Assembly: GCF_964355755.1 (NCBI RefSeq)
Contig: NC_092680.1
Span: 1,302,001 to 1,366,000, forward strand
Direction: 5' to 3'
Origin: Antedon mediterranea
Lineage: Eukaryota; Animalia; Echinodermata
DNA length: 64,000 nucleotides
The notes under the pieces were generated by a model, which was not told the DNA's origin, did not search any database, and saw only the letters and a program-made list of their open reading frames with translations. Shown piece by piece: positions 39,540 to 50,097 of this stretch. Position 1 is the stretch's first letter; each line of letters starts with the position of its first letter. Position numbers and translations under genes: made by a program.

Positions 39540-42384
39540 GGTGTTGGTGTTATTATTATTATTATTATTTATTTTGTTTCAGTGATTTTCTCCAGTTTCA
39601 AAATTTAGAATTTGGAAATTGCTATACATTTAACCACGGCACAGACGAGGTTTTACGACATACTAGTCAAACCGGCGCTCAGTTTGGTAACAATTTTTTT
39701 TATCTTATTTTCTTTATTCAACAACTAATAATGCCATTTAAATTTAAAGTATATTTCATTAAATATTGTGTGTTGTTTAACATCATAAAGTAGTTCTGTG
39801 AAAAGTACGCTGTTTATAAGAGATATGCATTTCTTGATTACTATACGAAACGACCTATTACTAAATAGTAATAATAAAGCATCACAATCGATTTATTTCA
39901 AAATTGTTTTTTTTATGGCATTAGGACTGCACTTGACATTGTTAATCGAACAACCAGAATATGTTGGAATTCTGTCACATGATGTTGGTGCTCGGGTTTC
40001 TGTTCACGCACCAAACATTGCGCCTCATCCGGAAGACACTGGGATTGCTATTGAGACGGGAACATCTACATCGATTGGTTTACGACAAGTAAGTAGTTTA
40101 GCCTACATATATTACTAACAGTTTGTGATTTTTAGACAACTTTACTTTGAAATGACCAAACGCAGGTAGCAGGGGTTATAACAACACACTTCGGAGGAAC
40201 AAGTTATGTGAGTGCAAGTATATATCCTATGGCTTAGAAAAGATTGAGTAAAGATGGTTTCACACTATTTCTATAAGTATTACAATATAATAATATAATT
40301 GAATATGTATTTTTAGATCGGTCAAAGTTATAATCAATTCTTTCATTTTTTTTTAATCTTTCCACCAATATATTTATATAGAATGAAATAACTCGACTAA
40401 ATGGAAATTACGGAAATTGTTCCGACGAGCAAGACAAAAATGAAGAAGAAGGCATGTACTACTATGACTATTCCTATCCGTCATGTAAGAAGTTTTGTCT
40501 ACAGAACGAACTTGAAGAGAATTGTGGATGTGTTTCTGATATATACATCGATGCACCAAAATGTGACTTTCTAAACAAAACACAGCGTGGGTATTATGTA
40601 ATTTTACACTATAAATTCAGAGATTCATTCAACATTTATTTAGAAACAGTTCAAGAAATAAAAGAAGCGTGCATTTACAATAACTTAAATGGTAACAATA
40701 AATAGGAACTGTTTTAGGGATCGGAAAAAGAAGTAAAAGAACTTGTCTAATACCAACCCCTAAACAAAAAATTAAAGCATAAATCAAAACATGAAAGTTT
40801 AAAATCAAATGTATTTTCTTTTCTGCTTCAGAGAAATGCCAGCAATTGATTGAAACTCTTGCAACTGAAGATAAACTAGATTGTAACTGTCCCCTGCGAT
40901 GCACGTGAGTTACCTCCAGTTTAGTTCTCTTTATTGTAAATTGTTTTTTAATTTTGTTTGTAAATATGTCTTTTAGACAAAAATGATAGTAATCATGTTA
41001 TAAATTGATCAAATTACGTCAGCCTTAAGCTCTGTGTACACTATCAAACTAGTTTGACAAAAAAAAAAAGTGTGATGTGCCAAATGGTAGTGATATGCTT
41101 AACATGGTAGTGATATGACATCATTCGGATGTCCATATATGGGTACATCACATTGTTTTGTCACATAAAGTTTGATAGTGTAGACAGAGTTTTAAAACTT
41201 GAATCTGATATACAGCATTGCCCCACGCTTGCAACGTGCATGTAATAGTGAATTATAGACTCGTAACTTACCCTACTACTGGATATATATTGGCTACTAT
41301 CCCTTATATCTTTGCTTTCTATATTTTTTTTTTAAATTGGAGAATCACTGTATATTTAAATTATAGAGAAGTAAGCTATTACACTTCGATATCAACATCT
41401 CTGTGGCCGTCTGAGCGTTATCAAGACCATTTGTACAGCAGAGTGAAGGATGAAAATACTAAAGTATCAAATATTTTGGACAGTTTTGAAAAAACAAGGT
41501 AGTTGAATGGTTGTTAACGGCAATATTAAACGGGAAAATAAATATAAAAATACTTTAGATGCAAAATATACAGAATATAACTATCCTATGATAGGAAACA
41601 ACACAATACATTAACTGATTAACTGATTGACTGATTTTTTCACAGAAAAAATTTACTTCGCGTCAAAATCTTCTTTGAAGAGTTAAACTTCCAATCTATA
41701 AATGAAGTACCGATTTATAGCGTAAGTTCCATTACTCAATATTATTTTATGAATTAATATGGTATTGATCAATAATTATTTTCAAAATAAATAGATTCTC
41801 CATAAATAGTAAAATTACCAAAAATAGATTTTGAATTTGTATTTCTCAATTGCTTTCACTAAAATAATGATGCAATCCAAGCAGCGTTCAATTCGTTTAA
41901 TTATCTATATTAATTATACACTTTTTTTAATGCATTTGTTCAGCTGTTATAGGACTACTATTGATAATTATGCAGACCTCTTGTAGTATATAACTAAATT
42001 ATATCTTTCTATGTTTTTTTTATGTTGTTAATAAAATTTAGATGTTCATTTAATAATTGTCTGAAACATTATTAAAGGGTTATCCTCTGCTAAACCATAA
42101 CAGTTATAATTATTTAGTATCTATATGATTTTGTTAATTTCAAACTATAATGTATTGCATTGTGTATATTATGGATGGCAATACATATTAGAAACACGCA
42201 AACATTGGCCTTTTCTTATTTTCAGACTGCTTCGCTTCTTGGTTCACTTGGCGGTCTCCTTGGTCTTTATATCGGCTTGTCCACGATCACAATGGTTGAG
42301 ATCATCATCTTGTTTATCGACATTATACGATTCACGTGTAGAAAGATGTTTTGCAGAAACAGAGTTATGGCTTTTCAAAATTGA
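38161..42384 (+). CDS. DEG/ENaC family subunit, paralogue B
   Basis: Exons 38161-39110, 39583-39686, 39925-40088, 40382-40586, 40832-40904, 41367-41498, 41646-41721 and 42226-42384 are GT-AG and phase consistent. Motifs TTAHG, FPSVTICNMN, FGNCYTFN, WPSERY, and TM2 LLGSLGGLLGLYIGLS. Confidence 0.94.
39245..39350 (-). mobile_element. Short DINE-1/HINE-like element
   Basis: AACAAGGCCATATACATGGCTGCAGTCG...CATAGTGAGCT...GCGACTAAAAA is the reverse complement of the 35669-35789 family. Confidence 0.6.
39439..39572. repeat. (ATT)n microsatellite
   Basis: Long interrupted ATT run just upstream of the 39583 acceptor. Confidence 0.95.
41028..41191. mobile_element. MITE family 1 copy (PIF/Harbinger type)
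   Basis: Both TIRs present, TTA target duplication on both sides. Confidence 0.8.
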
Positions 42385-42545
42385 TTAAATAACTATAGGT
42401 AGTAACAATGAGCCAAAATTAGTAAGTACCTATAGTACATTTTTTACTTAATGTTGATGACTTGGATATTTACTGTGAAGCTTGTCGAAGAACAGAGAAA
42501 ACATATGCCTACTGTATTTAGATATGTTTGTTAAATTCACATTCA

Positions 42546-42688
42546 GAGATGGGTGTGGTATCAAGATGGGTGTGGTATCAAGATGGGTGTGGTATTAAGA
42601 TGGGTGTGGTATCAAGATGGGTGTGGTATCAAGATGGGTGTGGTATTAAGATGGGTGTGGTATCAAGATGGGTGTGGTATCAAGATGG
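42546..42688. repeat. 17 bp tandem repeat, ~8 copies
   Basis: (AGATGGGTGTGGTAT[C/T]A)n downstream of the paralogue B stop. It explains the repetitive 42528 ORF. Confidence 0.95.
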
Positions 42689-43254
42689 TCTCCTCTATAA
42701 TATCTCCCCTAATTGGGATTTAGTCGGAATTACTGTTTCTTAATGTTTTTATGTTAGTATTCCTTTCTTCTTTTTTGGGCTTTAAGCTAAACTGTTATAC
42801 GTATGAAACGACATGTGTGACAAAATGCTTATCTTTTTACTAATATCAAACAGTTGAATCGCCGTCTAGAAACTAAGAGGTATAACAATAAACACTCAAA
42901 GTAATCAATTATACAATCAATTATTATTTACTATAATTGTTTGCTGTTATTTTCTTTATATTATTAAGGTTCAAATAATGTATTGATTATCTTCTAAGAA
43001 CAAAGGAATACACTTGACATGATAGGTAATACATTCCAAATGATCAATATTAAGATCAATAGAATTGCGTGTGTTTAAATTAACGATAGTTTATAGATTA
43101 ACATAGGTCAGTCAAAACTCAATATTACGTCAAATGGTACTCATAATCAATAACAGAATAATACGTTTGAACGGGATATCGATGTGTTCTTTAAATACAT
43201 GCATTACAAGTTATTAGATATATTCGGAGTGAAAATAATGATATCGCTATTTAA

Positions 43255-43387
43255 AGCTCTGTTTATACACTATCAAACTAGTTTGACAAGATATGGTAGT
43301 GATATGCCCAAATATGGTAGTGATATGACGTCCATATATGGGCACATCACATTTGTTGTCACATAGTTTGATAGTGTAGACAGAGCT
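43255..43387. mobile_element. MITE family 1 copy (PIF/Harbinger type)
   Basis: TAA|AGCTCTGTTTATACACTATCAAACT ... AGTTTGATAGTGTAGACAGAGCT|TAA. A 3 bp TWA duplication is typical of PIF/Harbinger. Confidence 0.82.
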
Positions 43388-43884
43388 TAAGATGTTTGAA
43401 CAAACAAAATCCACTAATCTACTAGCTTATTTTTCCACTGAACGAATATTCTGTTTGTCTATTTATGGAGTCATCATGATCGTGAGAATAAATCAGAATC
43501 ATGACGTAGTTTTTTTTTTATTGTATATTGTAAATATTATTTATTATTTACTTTTAAAGGTGTATTGTTCCCCCAAAAACATGAAAAATCAAGGGTACTA
43601 AAATCAGATTTTAACTAGACCATTTTATTGTTTTAACAAGTCACATTTCATTAGAAAATGGCCGCCAATTTTGCTTTAGATTACAGTTTTTCAGGTAAAT
43701 TTGTTTTCGGTCCAATTTTAGGTCAAGGTGAATAACTATTATGTGACATATTCAACCAAAAAAAAAGAAGAAATAAAATATTGAACAATGAAGAACAATA
43801 TCTTTAAATGAAAATAATTAACTAATAGAAATAGGACATTCAAATACCCAGAATGTATATAGAATTAAATTTGATTTCTGAATG

Positions 43885-44200
43885 ATATACTTATTGTATA
43901 TAATACTTATATATACTTATACACACTTATATATACTTAGTGTATATACTTATATATACTTATTGTATATAATACTTATATATACTTATACACACTTATA
44001 TATACTTAGTGTATATACTTTTATATACTTATTGTATATAATACTTATATATACTTATTGATATAATATATACTTATATATACTTATACACACTTATATA
44101 TACTTAGTGTATATCCTTATATATACTTATTGATATAATATATATACTTATATGTACTTATTGATATGCTATATATACTTATACTTATATATATTTATAT
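43885..44200. repeat. AT-rich compound tandem repeat (TATATACTTA-type)
   Basis: Repeating TATATACTTA / TACACACTTA / TTGTATATA motifs. Confidence 0.9.
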
Positions 44201-46268
44201 GACATATAGAAATGCAAGATCTTCAATATTGTAACATATCGTAAAGGTTTTGTAGTGAAACAAATACGATATTATTTATTGGAATATATTATAAATATTG
44301 ACCATTAAATTTGTAAATATAGATATTTTTAATATTAAAAACAATGAATTCCAAATAATATAATGAGCAAAATAAGGCTGAATACAATAATAAAAATGTT
44401 TTGGATTTTTTTGGATTATACTTATACTATCGAATGAAACAAGTAAAATTACGATATAATATTATTTTTATGCTTTAAAATATATTTTGTATAGGTTTTA
44501 CACATTCTTATATTGGTCCAATGTTACATTTCTGGAATTATCCGTTGACGTAAAAAAATATCAAAATCTATGACGTCAAATAACCTTCTGAATTTGATTA
44601 TGCAAATAAGTATGATACCATCATGCTAAAAACACTATTTTTTGTTATTGCTCTTTTTATTTATGAATGCTTATCATGTAGGCCTAATACCTCCATGGAT
44701 TCAAGTAACACATGCTTACCATGTAGGCCTAATACCTCCATGCAGGGAGTTGCAACTCCCTGCTCCATGGATTCAAGTAACACATGCTTACTATGTAGGC
44801 CTAATACCTCCATGGATTCAAGTAACACATTTAATTAGGCTTATTGTATTCTTATTAATAGGTCATATTAGTTCATTGAAATATAGAAAGTAAGTATTTA
44901 TTGAAATAACATAAAAATAATTGTCGATAGGTTGCAAATAACTAATAACTAATAATGTACAGTTGATAGATTTTATTAAAACATGCCACGTGTAAATCAT
45001 TATTGATGCTAGTACTATTTTGTATTAAAACATGCCACGTGTAAATCATTATTGATGCTAGTACTGTTTTGTTTTAAAGAAGACTGCGGATTCGAATTAT
45101 AGATTTATGTCGATATTTGTCATAAACATTACTGCAAACTGAAAATAATGACAGTAAACACTAAAACAAAATGTTTTATTTGTCTATCCACTTTTCGCTC
45201 CAACTTTGCTGATAGATTCTGGAATCGATGAATGCAGAAGAATATTAAGCCTTTATCTACTTATCCCCTCAATGTAAAGTCAATACTGTAGAATGCTTGG
45301 CATGCTTTCGATACTAATGAATCCATGCAAGCAGCTTGAATGTTCGTTCAAACGTAATAACATCAATAGCGTTGTTCTTGCGAGAGAAAAAAACTCGACG
45401 CGCACTTGGTCAGCCTTGCTGTTGTTACATATAGTAGGCATGTTAAGGTGCATATTTTAGGCAAATCCTTCAAATTGTGATAATATTTTAAAACTTTGCA
45501 CAGTTATTCATTAGGGTGTCAAAAACATGAAATGGAAGGGTTGCACAAAATTTAGTCAGGGGAAAGCCGCCATTTTGGATTTCAAAATGGCGGACCCTAA
45601 ATTTTCACTTTTCAGGTATATCTCTGCTAAAAAGGCACCTAGAGTTCTGATTTTAGGTGCAAATTATATGGTAGTGGGGTCACCAAACATATTGGTATAA
45701 CTAACATTTTGATTGCATGGCGGCCATGTTTGATTTCAAAATGGCGGACCCCAAATTTTCACTTTTCAGGTATATCTCTGCTAAAAAGGCACCTAGAGTT
45801 CTGATTTTAGGTGCAAATTATATGGTAGTGGGGTCACCAAACATATTGGTATAACTAACATTTTGATTGCATGGCGGCCATGTTTGATTTCAAAATGGCG
45901 GACCCCAAATTTTCACTTTTCAGGTATATCTCTGCTAAAAAGGCACCTAGAGTTCTGATTTTAGGTGCAAATTATATAGTAATGGGGTCACCAAATATAT
46001 TGGTATAACTAACATTTTGATTGCATGGCGGCCATGTTGGATTTCAAAATGGCGGACTTCAAATTTTCACTTTTCAGGTATATCTCTGCTAAAAAGCCAC
46101 CTAGAGTTCTGATTTTAGGTGCAAATTATATGGTAATGGGTCACCAAACATATTGGTATAACGTCTTTGATTGCATTGCCGCCGGCGGCCATTTTGAACG
46201 TAGCTCAAACTGTACTGGCTTTACACTATTTGTTTATGTTTATAGTTACATGCATTTAACATGGACAC

Positions 46269-47160
46269 TTATTGTAGGTCACATTTTCCCTGGCAACCAC
46301 ACAGCTCTGTACATCGTAAATCACTCTTTCTGCATTTACAGCGTCCAAGATCACAGTCGGTGTGTCCACAGCGAATTAAAACCTTTGTGACATCTGAGAG
46401 TGTGGAGCAATGTGGCGCAGTGGTTAGAGCATTGGACTTGCAATCAAGAGGTTGCTGGTTCAAGCTGGTTACTGCAGTGTTGAGTCCTTAAGCAAGATTC
46501 TTTATCCACATTGTTTCTCCCCACCCAGATGATAGAAATGGGTACCGGTATGTAAAAAGTACTGGGAAGGTAAATCAGACTTGTTTGTGCGGGAGGAGTG
46601 GCGTACCCCCACAAACATACACACTTAGTGGAGTCTGGCTCAAACGCTAAAGAAATGGAGATGGGCACCACAGCCATTATCATTAGCTTAGGTCTCGACA
46701 CTTTACCTTACAGACAATGACATCCTATCGAAAACTGAAGTCATTCATGGCATCTTTTTCCAAGTCTCGTTAAATGTAGCTTTACCTTTTCCTTGAACAG
46801 ATGAAGTTGTATCACATTCACAACCGCTAAAGGAATGAAAGAACAAGTAAGCGGCTGATGCTTGTGGTCCAAGAGAAGAAACAATCTCGTGTATTGGGAT
46901 GTGCTTCCCCACTCCAAACTTGATCCAAAGCTCGTGGATCCTAGGTATTCTGTGGAAAGCTGACAATGCAATAACAATAACATCACTGTCTACAGTCTTG
47001 ACAAGAATGCGCGGAAAAATTTCAGCGGCATGTTTAACATGAACAAACATACATTCATCTGCCTCTATGTTACATGGCATCAGCAGTTGTATATTTACAG
47101 TCTGGTTTGTTGCAGCTCTGTCTCCTAGAGACCCTACAAACATTCCGTGATTTGTGTCAA
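46269..47160 (-). pseudogene. Academ-type XPG/PIN nuclease + Cys8 finger remnant (left arm)
   Basis: EAD..MFVHV, KTVDSDVIVIAL, IPIHEI, LFFHSFSGC..DTTS..GKGK (46745-47160) and CGHTDCDLGRCKCRKSDLRCTELCGCQGKC (46269-~46395). Interrupted by a SINE. Confidence 0.75.
46403..46710 (+). mobile_element. tRNA-derived SINE with CORE-like central domain
   Basis: Head GGAGCAATGTGGCGCAGTGGTTAGAGCATTGGACTTGCAATCAAGAGGTTGCTGGTTCAAG (A/B boxes), then GTCCTTAAGCAAGA..TTTATCCACATTG..CCACCCAG..AAATGGGTACC, and a CTTTACCTTA tail. Confidence 0.7.
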
Positions 47161-47162
47161 CT

Positions 47163-48175
47163 TCGATCAGTGACACGACTAGATTTGTTTTTCGATAGAT
47201 ACTTTAATGACAGTTTAAAGTCTGGTATGCGTTCCAACCGCGTTTCTGGTGTAAGGAGGGTCGTTAAAGCCAGCGGGAGCATGCCCAACAATTGGACCAC
47301 ATTTTTTAGATTTGATGACAACAAATCAGAGTTGTTTTCATTTATTGTAACTGAAGTAGTAGAGAACATTGGCACAAATCACGGAATGTTTGTAGGGTCT
47401 TTGGGAGACAGAGCTGTAACAAACCAGTAAATATACAATCGCTAATGCCATGTAACATAGCCGCTGAAATTTTCCACGCATTGTCAAGACTGTACACAGT
47501 GTTGTCAGCTTTCCACAGAATACCTGGCATCCACGAGCTTCTGATTGAGTTTGGAGTGGGGAAGCACTTGAAGGCCATCCCAATACACGAGATTGCTTCT
47601 TCTCTTGGATCACAAGCATCAGCCGCTTACTTGTTCTTTCATACCATTAGCGGTTGTGATAGAACTTCATCTGTTTAAGGAAAAGGTAAAGCTACATTTA
47701 ACGAGACTTTGAAAAAGATGCCATGTAGGACTCCAGTTTTTGAGAGGATGTCATTGTCTGTAGGGCATGTTAGTGAAACAGACACAGATTATCTAGAACA
47801 GTTTGTTGTAACTATGTCTACTGCAGAACATTTAATGATGCAATACGATATCTTTTTACAACAAGAGAAAGACTATTGAAAATATCCCCCAACATCTGCG
47901 GCATTAAGAGAACATGTGAAATGGAAACCAGGAAGTGGTACGACTGTCTAGATGCATTCAGGGTTGAACAGGACCTAGCGAACTGGGGATAGAGGAAGGA
48001 CGGCAACAAATTTAGTCCAGCTTGGAGTTCATATCTTGGAGAACTTTCAGATGTCACAAAGGTTTTAATTCGCCTTGGACACACCAACTGTGATCTTGGA
48101 TGCTGTAAATGCAGAAAGAGTGATTTACGATGTACAGAGCTGTGTGGTTGCCAGGGAAAATGTGACCTACAATAA
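47163..48175 (+). pseudogene. Academ-type XPG/PIN nuclease + Cys8 finger remnant (right arm)
   Basis: LFFDRY..SLKSGMR..R, MPNNWTTFF..DDNKSELFSF, KAIPIHEI, LFFHTISGCDRTSS, and a Cys-rich end near 48075-48170. Multiple stops and frameshifts. Confidence 0.75.
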
Positions 48176-49782
48176 GTGTCCGTGTTAAATGCATGTAATT
48201 ATGAACATAAACAAATAGTGTAAAGCCAGTACGGGTTGAGCTACATTCAAAATGGCCGCCATGCAATCAATGACGTTATACTAATATGTTTGTTGACCTC
48301 AATACTATATTATACTTTGTACCTAAAATTATAACTGTAGGTACCGTACTGAAACATTTTGAGTTCGCCATTTTGAAATTCAAAATGACCGCCATGCAAT
48401 AAAAATGTCAGTTAAATACCAATATGTTTGGTTACCTATTACCATATAATTGGCACCTAAAATCAGAACTCTGTGTACCTTTTTAGCAGAGATACCTGAA
48501 AAGTAAAAATTTAAAGTCCGCCATTTTGAAATCCAAAATGGCCGCCGTGCAATCAAAATGTTAGTTATACCAATATGTTTGGTGACCCCATTAACATATA
48601 ATTTGCACCTAAAATCAGAACTCTAGTTGCCTTTTTAGCAGAGATATACCTGAAAAATGGAAATTTGAAATCCGCCATTTTGAAATCCAACATGGCCGTC
48701 ATGGAATCAAAATGTTAGTTATACCAGTATGTTTGGTGACCCCATTACCATATAATTTGCACCTAAAATCAGAACTCTAGGTGCCTCTTTAGCAGAGAAA
48801 TACCTAAAAAGTGAAAATTTGAAGTCCGCCATTTTGAAATCCAAAATGGCCGCCATGCAATTAAAATGTTAGTTATACCAATATGTTGGGTGACCCCATT
48901 ACCATATAATTTGCACCTAAATTCAGAACTCTAGGTGCCTATTTAGCAGAGATATACCTGAAAAGTGAACAATTTGGGTCCGCCATTTTGAAATCCAAAA
49001 TGGCGGCTTTCCCCTGACCAAATTTTGTGCAACCCTTCCATTTCATATTTTTGACACCCTAATGAATAACTGTGCAAAGTTTCAGAATGTTATCACAATT
49101 TGAAGGATTGGGTCACTTAACAGGCCTACTAATAATGATGCGGTGTTACTATACTTAGTAGGCTACTGAGCCTATAAGTTTAAAGGTAAGTATTAATTGT
49201 ATGATAGCTTCTCTCATAGGTAGATATAATATCTGCTTAAAGTTATTTAACAGAATATATAGATATTGATTGATAATTTAAACATAGCATAGTGGCATGG
49301 ATGAGGTAGATTGGTAGATATTATAGTAGAAAATATACCTGTTGATTATTATAGTCTATTTATTTATCCAGTATCAGTTTAGTATCGCATTATCATCATA
49401 TCATTTTAAACTCAAATATGTTGATAATTTTAAACAGTTGTTCATTAATTGTAATCATTGTCACCTCTCGTCTATTTATTATTGTAAGCGCATTGAGAGA
49501 TTATGCTCTATATAAGAAGGAACTATTAATTGTTGTTTAAGTTTTTTACATTTACTGTTGAATTGCAACGCACATAGTAGTAATCCTTGGCGTCCAATAC
49601 AATTGTTCAGTTTGTCGGTAAACAATTAACCATACACTTTGATAAATAGAATATTTTTTTGACAGAGTTTTTAATTAGAAACCTGAAATTGGTGATGTCA
49701 CGCATTACTTGAACCTATTTATAACTAAGGTGACTTCAAAATATCTATATATATATAGCGACTCTTTGTATATATATATATA

Positions 49783-50010
49783 TAAAGCTTGCCAGCTTTA
49801 TACTCTGACGTTATCCAAATTCCTTCACTTGCACTGATGAAGGGCTAGTGTTGCCCGAAAGCTCTGCTAACTTTTCTGGCTGTTTACTTTATCGTTTTGA
49901 TTTAGCTTTTCGCTTTTTATTTTTGTATCTCCATTGCGATCCAGCCACTGATACCACAGCATTGTCATTTTTTTTTCAGTAATTTGCCTTTGGATTTATA
50001 TATTATTATA
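49783..50010 (+). mobile_element. Penelope-like element terminal (pseudo-LTR) fragment between (TA)n tracts
   Basis: Contains a hammerhead motif followed by a T-rich tail, and is flanked by TA microsatellite runs (~49768 and ~50015). The family assignment is inferred from this arrangement. Confidence 0.55.
49829..49870 (+). ncRNA. Minimal type I hammerhead ribozyme
   Basis: GCA-CTGATGA-a-GGGC-tagtgtt-GCCC-GAAA-GCTC-TGC. Both catalytic core boxes are intact, stem II is GGGC/GCCC, palindromic AGCT replaces stem III, stem I is GCA/TGC. Predicted cleavage after C49864. Confidence 0.75.
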
Positions 50011-50097
50011 AACAAATATATATATGATTATATTGTTTATTAATGCCTGCTTCGACATTTTTAAAATACATATAATTTTCGATTATTTTTCTCACAG

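Larger units (their letters stand above)
45432..49131. mobile_element. Academ (AcademX-type) DNA transposon derivative with fold-back structure
   Basis: Termini TAGTAGGCATGTTAA / TTAACAGGCCTACTA, 3 bp TSD ATA (45429-45431 and 49132-49134), mirrored ~153 bp subterminal tandem repeats in both arms, and XPG/FEN-like plus Cys8 coding remnants on both strands. Confidence 0.8.

Noticed and set aside
42528-42743. Repetitive ORF (MGVVSRWVWYQDGCGIK)n and the repetitive ORFs at 44623-44893
   Set aside because: They are translations of short tandem DNA repeats with no splice or homology support.
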